Of a DNA stretch of 51,795 bases, positions 25,675 to 34,774 are shown piece after piece (the stretch's first letter is position 1; each line of letters opens with the position of its first letter). The DNA is taken from the NCBI GenBank assembly GCA_050186055.1, contig JBFWYV010000001.1, forward strand, positions 1 to 51,795, read 5' to 3'. This DNA comes from Hyphomicrobiaceae bacterium. GTDB lineage: Bacteria; Pseudomonadota; Alphaproteobacteria; Rhizobiales; Hyphomicrobiaceae. The notes beneath the pieces were generated by a model. It was not told the origin of the DNA. It saw only the letters and a list, made by a program, of their open reading frames with translations, and ran no database searches. Position numbers and translations under genes: made by a program.

Positions 25675-26619
25675 TCAAAGGCCCATGACCATCTTCTCGA
25701 GTGGAGTCGTTTCGGAGGCTGGGTAGAATGGACGGCGCCAACCGTTAGGAAATACCGGTGGGAACGCATAGTAAGTGGCCGTGTAGAGTAGTCGGCCGTG
25801 CCCGGGTTTCATCCGGCTCCCCATATGCAGACACCGTGTCGTTTCGACCATGAAGGCGGCAAGTTTTGGCGCCTTGACCACTTTGATCTCCGATTCGGCA
25901 ACCTTCGCGAACACACGCTGGTCCGGGAAATGACTGCCCCGGATCGGGTGGCCGAAAGCTTCCGACGGCTGTTTGGGCAGGAATGTGAACGGCCCGTCCC
26001 CGTCATCGAGCACGTCTGTCAGATAGGTAAACAGCTTGATGACGCGCTTGTTGTCATGGTCGCGATGCCAGAGCTGCGAGAATCCCAGGTCACCTTCTGC
26101 GTGCCGGGAATGAGATAGCAGCACATAGTCAAGCCACGGCACCTCGCCCAGCGTCGCCGAGAGCATATTGATGACAGCAGGTTGGAGAGCATATCGGACG
26201 AAAATGCTGTCGGCGGCGAGCTTGCCGTCCTTCATCTCGCTGTCAAGCAGCCGAACCCAGAATTTCTTGTGACTGCTGGCCTGTTGGCCGGCCAGCCGCT
26301 CGATGTCATCGAGCCTTTGCTGGGCGGCGACAGCCATGTCACCGGCGAGCGTCTCGTTCATCAGATCGGTAACTATGGCGTAGCCGTCCCGATCCAGGTC
26401 GGCGGCCTTCTGCCGCTGATCTGATGTAACAGGCAGCGATTGGGCAATGCGCCGCCGCTCCAGCTTGCTGCGCATGTGCCACGTGCTGACGCCGGCCTTG
26501 ACTGCCCAACCCAGTTGGGTGCGGTTCACGTGCCACAACGCTCGCGTGAAAGTGCTCACCGCTCGCCTCCGTCTTCCATTGCGCCGGCCACACGGTCTGG
26601 TCTGGAAGGGCCACGACAA
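25675..26619 (-). CDS. Fe(II)/2-oxoglutarate dioxygenase superfamily protein (PhyH-like)
   Basis: LDRDGYAIV N-terminal motif. The HxD facial triad is in QLWHRDHD, with a distal His in TRCLHMGS and Arg in GHGRLLY. The start is uncertain; MRSKLERRR at 26475 is an alternative. Confidence 0.55.
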   Translation of the reverse strand: MSWPFQTRPCGRRNGRRRRAVSTFTRALWHVNRTQLGWAVKAGVSTWHMRSKLERRRIAQSLPVTSDQRQKAADLDRDGYAIVTDLMNETLAGDMAVAAQQRLDDIERLAGQQASSHKKFWVRLLDSEMKDGKLAADSIFVRYALQPAVINMLSATLGEVPWLDYVLLSHSRHAEGDLGFSQLWHRDHDNKRVIKLFTYLTDVLDDGDGPFTFLPKQPSEAFGHPIRGSHFPDQRVFAKVAESEIKVVKAPKLAAFMVETTRCLHMGSRMKPGHGRLLYTATYYAFPPVFPNGWRRPFYPASETTPLEKMVMGL

Positions 26620-26777
26620 ATCTCCGCGGAGAAGGCTACCGGCCGTCGGAAATCAGCGCGTTCGTCCAATCCGCACCGGAGCAAGTTGGTATCAGCTCGA
26701 CTGCGGTCGATCAAGGCGAACCGTCCATAACGCACGGGGCCGCAGGGGACAATTCTGGAAGATCCCGGCCGTCGATG

Positions 26778-28292
26778 TCAGCCTTTCCCTGCTACCTCGA
26801 TTGCACGCTTGAGAACGGCACGATCCTGTCCGCCCAACACTACCAAGTAGCAGCCCAACCAGGCCAGTACACAGCACCCAGCCATCACGGCGCCCAGTCC
26901 GAGGAGGTTGAACGGTGCAAATGCTGCTTGGATTACCGCGGCCCAACCGGCGACAGCCAGCAGAACAACAGCATGCCGACCGACCTGCGACCAGAAAAGT
27001 GATGGCGGCAGGCCCCAGGTTTTCAGCATGTTGTTGGCCAATATTGGCGCAAACACGGTCATCGATACCGCCTGCCCGATAATGAATGCACGTTCACTGA
27101 ACCAGGCGAAAAAAGCAAACGTCAACAAGTATTGCAGCACGGCCTGCAACATCAGCAGCCGGGTCGTCAGGCGCATGAAATCCGAGCGGACATAGAGTGC
27201 GACTTGCCCTGGCCCGATCAGGACGCCGACGGCTGGCACGACCATCATCAGCGCCAGCCAGGGCCAGTACGCCGCAAAAGTCGGCCCCACCCAGAGGCTT
27301 AGAATGTCCTTCGAGAACATCGCCACGACGCCCAGAGCCGGCAGCGCCATCGCGGCGGGAAGCACGAAGCCGCCGCGCCCCAGCATATGCTGCCGGACGG
27401 TGTCGGACGTCTCGTCGATCCGCGCACTCGTAGGCAGGATCGCCGAACTGATGAGCCCCAGCGTCGACTTCAGAAATCTGGGAAGGCGCGTCAGGATGTC
27501 GTAGATGCCCACTGGTCCGGCCCCAAGCAGCGCGCCGATGGCCATCGGTGGCAACTGCTGCTGGAGAATCCCAACGACGCGGTTATTGAACATGAGCCCG
27601 CTGCGCAGAGCGACATCGGCGCGGCTTTCCTCTCCCCATTTCTGCAGCCGCAGTGGCGAGCCTCGCGCGAGGCGCGATGCCACCAGCCCAAGCAAGATGC
27701 ATCGCACGGCGGTGACGATGAGGAAGGCGTACGCGATCCACTGGTATGGCATCTGCCAGGCGGCTATCAGCAGCACCGCAGCGACATAGCTGAATGATCC
27801 CGCAATCTCGACGAGCCGCAGCCAGCCGTAACGCTCGAAGCCCTTGAGGAGTCCCTCCGCGATAAGTCCGGGAAAGGCAACCAGCAGCACAGCGGCGGTT
27901 GCTCTGGTCATGCCGATGAAGGCTGCCTGTTGATCGTCAGCGACCCTGAACAACTGCGCTAGCCAGAATGCGGCGCTCCACAGCAGGATAGCCGACGCGA
28001 TGCCGATGACGACCGACCCGATCAGTAGCAGCGTCACGCGCTCGCCGGCTGCGACCCAGTTGCCGCCTCCACGTGCCCGCGCAACCGATTGTGTCGTCGT
28101 ATCGGCGACGCCGAAGTCGATCAGCGCCAGGAAGCCGGTCGGCAACAGATTGCGCACCAGCACGATCATGCCAAGCGCGGCAAAGCCATAGCTGCGGGCA
28201 ATGACAGCGACGGCGATCAGGCCGAGAACCCCCGCGATCCCGAATGCGACCGCAGAAATCATGGTGTTCTGCACAAGCCGCCGCAGCATCAA
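26778..28292 (-). CDS. wzx: Oligosaccharide flippase (Wzx; MOP/polysaccharide biosynthesis protein family)
   Basis: 504 aa and about 12-14 TM. It has N-terminal NTMISAVAFGIAGVLGLIAVAVIARSYG and the mid-protein VGIYDILTRLPRFL motif typical of the family. Confidence 0.75.
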   Translation of the reverse strand: MMLRRLVQNTMISAVAFGIAGVLGLIAVAVIARSYGFAALGMIVLVRNLLPTGFLALIDFGVADTTTQSVARARGGGNWVAAGERVTLLLIGSVVIGIASAILLWSAAFWLAQLFRVADDQQAAFIGMTRATAAVLLVAFPGLIAEGLLKGFERYGWLRLVEIAGSFSYVAAVLLIAAWQMPYQWIAYAFLIVTAVRCILLGLVASRLARGSPLRLQKWGEESRADVALRSGLMFNNRVVGILQQQLPPMAIGALLGAGPVGIYDILTRLPRFLKSTLGLISSAILPTSARIDETSDTVRQHMLGRGGFVLPAAMALPALGVVAMFSKDILSLWVGPTFAAYWPWLALMMVVPAVGVLIGPGQVALYVRSDFMRLTTRLLMLQAVLQYLLTFAFFAWFSERAFIIGQAVSMTVFAPILANNMLKTWGLPPSLFWSQVGRHAVVLLAVAGWAAVIQAAFAPFNLLGLGAVMAGCCVLAWLGCYLVVLGGQDRAVLKRAIEVAGKG

Positions 28293-29695
28293 CTCGCCTC
28301 GACCAGCTCGACCGAGGAGCCTCCCAGCATTCGAGACGCGCGGCCGTACGTTTCGGTTGCGGGTCGCGCAATCCAGCGGCGGTCTGCAGATGCGACGGCC
28401 TGAATGCGGTTTAGTATGTCCTCCACCAATTCAATTGGGAACGCTTTGCCGATCCGCCGGCGTTCTATGCTCCGATTCGCATAAATTCGCCGAACCATCC
28501 CGCTGGTCCGATAGCCGAGCGTCGTTCGCGTCAGATGCGCGAAGCGTCCTCGGATGGAAGGTGACTCCGAAGCCACTATTGCAGCAGCACTCAGCGAAGC
28601 GGAGCGTATTGTGTGCAAAATGGCATCGGCAATTCGCTTTGTCGCAGCGCCATCGATAGCAAAATAAAGCTCTCTGAACACTTTCTTGCGAAACTCAAGC
28701 ACCTGGAATGGCGCGGGTGGAAGCCGATTTTCCAGTGCTTCTCCGAGCATGCGAATCAAGTCATCTTCACCGTTCGCTATCCGGCTGACGCCTGTTGCCG
28801 CATCCAGTCGCAAGGCCGGCGTGTTGAACCATTCCAGGGCGATGGCCTCAACGCCAAGCATCGCTGCCTCGACAGCCGTCGAGCAGTTCTGATGCAAGAG
28901 CAGACGAGATGAGGCGATCCATTCAAGAGACGTTCCCTCTTGGCGGACCTCGACGTTGGGAAGTCTCGCCAGCTCGTCATAGGCAGCGATACGCTCGAAA
29001 GGGTGTGGGCGGAGGACAAAGCGCACGCTCGGAAAAAGCTTAGCGAGTTGAATTGCAACGGCCGTGAGGGTGCGGTGCGCCTCGCCTGCATCATGAATGA
29101 ACTGAAGCGCGAAAGTCTCTGAGAAGCCAGCTTTCACCATGGACGCGATTTCATGCTTCGGGCCGGAAGAAAAGCGTGGGTTGACCGTCGGGAAATTGGT
29201 GTTGATGAGTACGTAGCCGGGGCGGACCCCCGGTACGGGGAGCGCGCTGCGCCAAGGCGCTGCGCAGAAATCGTATCGCGGGCAGCCTGTTACATGCAGC
29301 CGATTTTGCGGCACGGTTCCTTTCTGAATAAAGGCCCGATATTGCGATTCACCCCAAACGCAATACAGGTCCACGAGACGACCGCAGTTGGCACTGGCCA
29401 CCATCTCCGCGAAATGTTCAGAGCTCTTTCCCGCTATGCCTTCGGTGTCAAGAACGCCGACCAGAATGCCGGCATTCTTATATGTCTTGATGAGGTCTGA
29501 ATTGTTGGCGCGTGTATAATTGACGAGGACGAGGTCTGGCTTCAATGCTGGAACGTCAAAGCCCTGGTCGTACATCGGGACGAGCCAGCTCCGAGCCCCC
29601 GCGCAAGCAAGCTGCCACGCAAGAAGCACGAGGCCTTCAAGGTCCCGGAGCGGATTGTCGACGATAAGACAAACCCGCGGTGCTTTCTCGAGCAT
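28289..29695 (-). CDS. Surface-carbohydrate biosynthesis protein; candidate CMP-nonulosonate (pseudaminyl) transferase
   Basis: A soluble protein of about 468 aa with two Rossmann-like halves (RVCLIVDNPLRDLEG..; VLRPHP..LLLHQNCSTAVEAAMLG). It sits directly downstream of pseI and overlaps wzx by 4 nt. From memory it resembles the uncharacterised family that accompanies Pse/Leg clusters. ATG 29695 avoids overlap with pseI. Confidence 0.5.
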   Translation of the reverse strand: MLEKAPRVCLIVDNPLRDLEGLVLLAWQLACAGARSWLVPMYDQGFDVPALKPDLVLVNYTRANNSDLIKTYKNAGILVGVLDTEGIAGKSSEHFAEMVASANCGRLVDLYCVWGESQYRAFIQKGTVPQNRLHVTGCPRYDFCAAPWRSALPVPGVRPGYVLINTNFPTVNPRFSSGPKHEIASMVKAGFSETFALQFIHDAGEAHRTLTAVAIQLAKLFPSVRFVLRPHPFERIAAYDELARLPNVEVRQEGTSLEWIASSRLLLHQNCSTAVEAAMLGVEAIALEWFNTPALRLDAATGVSRIANGEDDLIRMLGEALENRLPPAPFQVLEFRKKVFRELYFAIDGAATKRIADAILHTIRSASLSAAAIVASESPSIRGRFAHLTRTTLGYRTSGMVRRIYANRSIERRRIGKAFPIELVEDILNRIQAVASADRRWIARPATETYGRASRMLGGSSVELVEAS

Positions 29696-29715
29696 TTTGG
29701 GAATCTGCCCTGAGT

Positions 29716-30789
29716 TCAATTCTCGCCGTCCTGTGCAGAAAGCAGGTCCCAGCTCATGGGAGTACCTCGGGGTACGGAACAACGGACTTGCTTTCCCAGT
29801 AGCATTTGCCGGTATTTGGGTGCCAGCCCCATACCGGGACGGATGGCCCGCAGGTTGGTTTCAGCCAGAACATCGCCAGGCCGCAAGTCTTCGACGATGT
29901 AGAGCGACCGGCGAAACATAAGCGAATTTTTTTCTTTCGTTGTTTGCCCATAATAAATTCGACCCAGAGCCTGCCATGCGCGCTCGCTTTCGATCACGAG
30001 TGACGCCATTTCTTCGGGTTCCATCGAGAATGTACTGTCCACTCCGCCATCAGCACGACGGAGAGTGAAGTGCTTTTCGATAACGGTCGCCCCCAGCGCC
30101 ACGCTGGCGATAGCCGCGCCAATTCCGAAAGTGTGATCGGAAAGGCCGACCTCGCATCCGAACAACTCGCGCAAGTGCGGAATGGTCAGCAAGTTGCTAT
30201 CCTGAGGCGAAGCTGGATACGTGCTTGTGCACTTGAGCAGCACGAGACTGCGGCACCCAGCCTCACGCGCTGTGCGCACAGTCTCGTCGAGTTCGGCAAT
30301 GGTAGCCATTCCAGTTGATATGATCACGGGCTTATCCGTGGCAGCGACCTTTCGGATTAAATCGAGGTCGGTATTCTCGAACGATGCTATTTTGTATGCA
30401 GGCACATCGAGCGTTTCCAGGAAATCAACCGCGGTGGCATCAAACGGTGTAGAAAAAGGGATCATCCCAAGCTCTCTAGCGTGATCAAAGATCGGCTTGT
30501 GCCAATCCCACGGCGTATAAGCTTGTTGGTAGAGATTGTGCAGGGAACTGCCTTTCCACAAGCTCTGCGGATCATCAATGAAAAATTCGCCGTCTTCACG
30601 ATCGATAGTCATCGTGTCTGCGGTGTACGTCTGCAGCTTCAGAGCGTGTGCACCCGACTTGGCCGCTGCCTCGACGATTGTCATCGCCCGATCGAGCGAT
30701 TGATTGTGATTGCCGGACATCTCCGCGATGATGAACGGCGGACTGTCTTTCCCCACCGTCCGTCCAGCAATTTCGAATACCATCGGCAT
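29716..30789 (-). CDS. pseI: Pseudaminic acid synthase (NeuB family + SAF domain)
   Basis: PFIIAEMSGNHNQSLDRA, KLQTYTADT, YKIASFENTDL, VIISTGMAT, GLSDHT, and a C-terminal SAF domain (RRSLYIVEDLRPGDVL..NLRAIRPG). Confidence 0.85.
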   Translation of the reverse strand: MPMVFEIAGRTVGKDSPPFIIAEMSGNHNQSLDRAMTIVEAAAKSGAHALKLQTYTADTMTIDREDGEFFIDDPQSLWKGSSLHNLYQQAYTPWDWHKPIFDHARELGMIPFSTPFDATAVDFLETLDVPAYKIASFENTDLDLIRKVAATDKPVIISTGMATIAELDETVRTAREAGCRSLVLLKCTSTYPASPQDSNLLTIPHLRELFGCEVGLSDHTFGIGAAIASVALGATVIEKHFTLRRADGGVDSTFSMEPEEMASLVIESERAWQALGRIYYGQTTKEKNSLMFRRSLYIVEDLRPGDVLAETNLRAIRPGMGLAPKYRQMLLGKQVRCSVPRGTPMSWDLLSAQDGEN

Positions 30790-30990
30790 CGTCTCGTCTC
30801 ACTTGTCAAACGGGTGCGGGTCTGGTCGTCTATGTACGACAACCCATCATACAACTGACTTTCTCGGGCCGGCAGGGAATGGCTGGCGGCAACATGCGCC
30901 TGCATGAGATGTAACGGGTCCCTTGGCATGTTGACGAGACATCAAGCAGCTCGCTGGCTCCCCACTCTATCGCGAGATGTAGCTGGTCTC

Positions 30991-31635
30991 CTATGTCTCT
31001 CGCAACTTGTCCAATTGGATTGTGTATATTTTCCCCTTTAGCTCAAAAAAAGCAGGAAACCGGTCTGGATCGCAAACGCGCAGAAGATTGAATTGCGTCG
31101 CTATGGATTGGTAGGGGTCAATACGAGAGTCTTCGGGAGTTCTCCGTCGATAATAGGTAGGCACGCGATCGTCTTGGGGTTTGGGTTCCAGAGTCCCGAA
31201 ACTCGTGACCGCCAGCATCATCAGTTCGATACTGATACTGAAAAGCTTGTCGTTGATCTCGTCGTAAAGCTCGTGCCCCTCCAACTGAAAACGGCGTTTC
31301 GCCCAAATCGGCCCGGCGTCGACGGAATCGGCCGCCTCCAGCAAGGATACGACGATTTCGTTGCGCCCTTCGAGGACCTGCCAGACATGAGGCGACCATC
31401 CGCGGCCTTCGGGCAGATCGCTGGAGTGAACGACCAGCGTTGCGCGGTACCGAGCCCGATCGTGACGGCCGATTATTTCATGGCATGAGATCAGAAAGAG
31501 TATATCTCCACCGGCAAGATCGACCTTGCGCTCCACAAGCTGCACCTGATGCGATGAGTCGAGTTGAGCGATCCAGCGCTCGAGCCATGGATAGATGGGA
31601 TGAGAGCTGCTGGAGCAAAGCACTGATATCCGCAT
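30991..31635 (-). CDS. Formyltransferase-fold protein (Fmt/PurN N-domain-like) in the PseH position
   Basis: TLVVHSSDLPEGRGWSPHVWQVLEG resembles the HxSLLPxxRG site, and DSVDAGPI supplies the conserved Asp. The canonical Asn two residues before the His is Val here. Confidence 0.65.
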   Translation of the reverse strand: MRISVLCSSSSHPIYPWLERWIAQLDSSHQVQLVERKVDLAGGDILFLISCHEIIGRHDRARYRATLVVHSSDLPEGRGWSPHVWQVLEGRNEIVVSLLEAADSVDAGPIWAKRRFQLEGHELYDEINDKLFSISIELMMLAVTSFGTLEPKPQDDRVPTYYRRRTPEDSRIDPYQSIATQFNLLRVCDPDRFPAFFELKGKIYTIQLDKLRET

Positions 31636-31658
31636 ATTCAGTTAGCTCCGCACTGTTT

Positions 31659-32876
31659 TCAAACCGCCCCATTCAGCGCACGTTCGCTTTCCATAAGCGC
31701 AGCCCGAACGCGCTGGCAGCCTTTGCCATCGACAATACGCATCGCTGCAGCCGACATAGTCTGGACTTGACGACGGTCAGCCAGCAAGTGCTGCAAGGCG
31801 GACAGATAGTCTTCTGACACGACTTCGTTGAATTCACCCAAATAGCGAATGGCGCCCACGCGATCAAGTTGCTGGAGAGCGCCGAACTGGTTATCCGCAA
31901 TTGCCACAGCCACTGTTGGTAAGCCGAGACAGCAGCGCTCCCAAGATGCTGTACCGCCGCTACCCACGGCGAGGTCGGCAATTGCCATCAGCGAAGCCAT
32001 ATCTGTTGTCTGGTGATGGACGCACACCCGTTGCATCGACGCGGCCTGGCGTCGGATCAAATCGACATGGGGGCAGGCGCCGCCCATTACCACATCGACA
32101 GCGAGGTCGCAGTCCTCAAGATCGGCTAGGGCGCTGAGCACCTTACCCGTCTCATTCATTGGGTCACCGCCGCCCATGAACACGAATATGCGCCGTATCT
32201 CCCCGTCGCGTTCCCGAAGATGACTCCGGGCTGCAACAAACTGTGGTCTCAGCAGGGCATGCGCGGGGCCGAGCAGGGTTTTGCAGGAGGACGGAACCAA
32301 CGCGTCATACCGTTCTTCAAGTCCTTCCACGAGGTTTTGGTCTAATAGGAAGTCGCAATCGTGCCGGCGGTCGGCGAGGTCATCGATGGCAAGCAACCGG
32401 CTCGCATATGGCCGCAACCAACTTTCCCATTGGTTGTCCAGCGCGTAATGATCCACAATCAACCAATCAACCGGCCCCCGGCGCCGCAGCAACGCCGCTG
32501 TGTCCCGAGCATCGACGGACCAGTGGACAGGAAGCCAATGCGCGTGCGGGATGCGCACCTCTCCTGCGATATTACCGGCATCTTCAGATCTTGAGGCGAG
32601 CAGCAACTCGATCGCATGGCCGTTGGCCCGCACCATATCCGCGAGTTGATTTGCCATGGTCCGTGCAACGAACGTAACGCTGGCGCCAGACTCGGCGAGC
32701 TCATTGGCGAGCGTAACGCACCGCATGAGATGGCCTGTGCCGATTTCCGTCGATGCATCGACGCGAATCGCAACGCCAATCATCGCACGCGGGCCTTTCG
32801 AAAAGGCATTGGCCTCGATTTCATGCAGATACCCAGTGCACTGGCTCTCGTGTTGCGCGCTCTCCGTTTGAACCAT
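31659..32876 (-). CDS. pseG: UDP-2,4-diacetamido-2,4,6-trideoxy-beta-L-altropyranose hydrolase
   Basis: IRVDASTEIGTGHLMRCVTLANEL is a PseG-type N-terminus. The GT-B-like C-half reads IADLAVGSGGTASWERCCLGLP. An alternative start at 32783 (MIGVAIRVD) removes a 31-aa extension. No GNAT domain is fused. Confidence 0.8.
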   Translation of the reverse strand: MVQTESAQHESQCTGYLHEIEANAFSKGPRAMIGVAIRVDASTEIGTGHLMRCVTLANELAESGASVTFVARTMANQLADMVRANGHAIELLLASRSEDAGNIAGEVRIPHAHWLPVHWSVDARDTAALLRRRGPVDWLIVDHYALDNQWESWLRPYASRLLAIDDLADRRHDCDFLLDQNLVEGLEERYDALVPSSCKTLLGPAHALLRPQFVAARSHLRERDGEIRRIFVFMGGGDPMNETGKVLSALADLEDCDLAVDVVMGGACPHVDLIRRQAASMQRVCVHHQTTDMASLMAIADLAVGSGGTASWERCCLGLPTVAVAIADNQFGALQQLDRVGAIRYLGEFNEVVSEDYLSALQHLLADRRQVQTMSAAAMRIVDGKGCQRVRAALMESERALNGAV

Positions 32877-32903
32877 GCGGACAATGACGGGTGGATCGCG
32901 TTG

Positions 32904-33617
32904 CTAATCGGGGGGGCGACCCGGTGATTTAGTGCCTCGCCAGGCTATATACATGAGTTCCGCGCGCTCCCAATCCTCGATTGTATCGATATCTTGCACC
33001 ATATGCCGCGGAATAACGACGCCTGCTGAGTGGGGCGCGAATAATGGCCGGTTTTCAACGAACGCCTCTGCAGTACCCCAATAAAATTGACCGGCATCGT
33101 GATACAAGGTCTCCAGGTCCTGAGAGCGTGTCGTCATGTGATGCGGCTCGGTGGGCTCAATGCCGCCACTTGCAAGTAGGCGCACGGCCCTCTGGATGGG
33201 AAATGGAAAGCTCGTAATGGAGAACGCAAACGTTTTCTCCCTTTCCATGAGTATGCGGAGGCCCTCCCGAAGGTAGCTGGCGTCAAGCATTGGCGCCGTC
33301 GCATAGATGCAGCACGTATGATCGATGCTGTATCCACGATCACGATACCAGAGAACTGCGTGGGCAACCACCGCATTGGTACCCGTGAAATCGTCTGCGA
33401 GGTTGGACGGGCGAACAAAGGGCACTTCGGCCCCATGACTTCGCGCGGCTTCTGCAATTTCGTCATCATCGGTAGAGACGATAACGTGATCAAACAAATT
33501 GGCCTCGATCGCTGCGGCAATGGAATAGGCAATGATTGGGCGGCCGCAAAATAAACGAATGTTCTTTTTGTGGATCCGTTTTGAGCCGCCGCGGGCCGGG
33601 ATGACCGCAATTCTCAT
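32904..33617 (-). CDS. pseF: Pseudaminic acid cytidylyltransferase
   Basis: IAVIPARGGSKRIHKKNI, and the later DIDTIEDWERAE. It overlaps pseC by 4 nt. Confidence 0.85.
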   Translation of the reverse strand: MRIAVIPARGGSKRIHKKNIRLFCGRPIIAYSIAAAIEANLFDHVIVSTDDDEIAEAARSHGAEVPFVRPSNLADDFTGTNAVVAHAVLWYRDRGYSIDHTCCIYATAPMLDASYLREGLRILMEREKTFAFSITSFPFPIQRAVRLLASGGIEPTEPHHMTTRSQDLETLYHDAGQFYWGTAEAFVENRPLFAPHSAGVVIPRHMVQDIDTIEDWERAELMYIAWRGTKSPGRPPD

Positions 33618-34774
33618 TGAATTGCCTTCTTTAAGACATCGACGACCATATCCAGTTCATCGTCCGTCATCCGTGGGAACAGTGGAAGCGTGATTGCTTC
33701 GTCATAATAGCGCTCCGCTTGAGGAAACATGCCGGCTGTGAACCCCAGCCTCCGATACCACGGCTGCATATGCACGGGTATGTAGTGCACGTTGACGCCT
33801 ATTCCGCCGGCACGCATCGCCTCGAACACGTGTAGCCGGGACTTTCCGATCGCTTCGAGATCCAGTCGCACAACGTAGAGATGCCAGGCTGAGTTGGTAT
33901 CGGGATGCTGCCAAGGTGTGCGCAATGGCAATTGGCCAAGGCGTTGATTATAGCGTCCAGCCAGTTCGCGCCGCCTCGCGACGAATGCATCGAGGCGATT
34001 AAGCTGGCTGAGGCCCAGCGCCGCTTGCATCTCATTCATTCTATAGTTGAAGCCGAGGTCAATCTGTTCATAGTACCACGGACCGTGACTTTCGAATTCC
34101 ATTTCGCGCGCATCGCGCGTGACGCCGTGCGAGCGAAATAGATTGAGCCGTTCGTATATAGCGCGGTCGTTTGTGAGGGCGACGCCGCCCTCGCCAGTAG
34201 TAATGATCTTAACAGGGTGAAAACTGAATACGGTAATATCGGCTTCGCGACATGAGCCGATTGGTGCTCCTAAATACTCGCCTCCGATAGCATGCGAGGC
34301 ATCCTGCAGAATGCGAAAGCCGTATTCATTCGCCAGCGCCCGGATGCGATGCATATCCGCAGATTGACCAGCAAAATCCACAGGGACAACCACCTTTGGA
34401 AGCGCTGCTCTTCTTGCTCGTGCGGATGCAAGCTTTGCCTCGAGTGCATCCGCGCACATGCAGTAAGTTTGAGGATCGATGTCGACGAAATCGACTTGCG
34501 CTCCAACATAAAGTGCACAATTAGCCGACGCAACAAACGTATTGGGTGTGGTCCAAAGCAGATCTCCCGGGCCCAATTCAAGAGACAAGCAGGCAATATG
34601 CAACGCCGCCGTCGCATTGGAGACGGCCACAGCCCAGTTGGCCGCGCAGCGCTTTGCAATCGCTTCCTCGAATTGAGGAATGGTCGGACCGCTGGTCAAC
34701 CAGTCCGAATTGAGAACGCTCTTGACCGCCTCAATATCATCCAGGTTCGTATCTTGACGCCCGTATGGGATCAT
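33614..34774 (-). CDS. pseC: UDP-4-amino-4,6-dideoxy-N-acetyl-beta-L-altrosamine transaminase (DegT/DnrJ/EryC1 family)
   Basis: MIPYGRQ N-terminus. The PLP-Lys motif is FSFHPVKIITTGEGG. It overlaps pseB by 4 nt. Confidence 0.85.
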   Translation of the reverse strand: MIPYGRQDTNLDDIEAVKSVLNSDWLTSGPTIPQFEEAIAKRCAANWAVAVSNATAALHIACLSLELGPGDLLWTTPNTFVASANCALYVGAQVDFVDIDPQTYCMCADALEAKLASARARRAALPKVVVPVDFAGQSADMHRIRALANEYGFRILQDASHAIGGEYLGAPIGSCREADITVFSFHPVKIITTGEGGVALTNDRAIYERLNLFRSHGVTRDAREMEFESHGPWYYEQIDLGFNYRMNEMQAALGLSQLNRLDAFVARRRELAGRYNQRLGQLPLRTPWQHPDTNSAWHLYVVRLDLEAIGKSRLHVFEAMRAGGIGVNVHYIPVHMQPWYRRLGFTAGMFPQAERYYDEAITLPLFPRMTDDELDMVVDVLKKAIQ

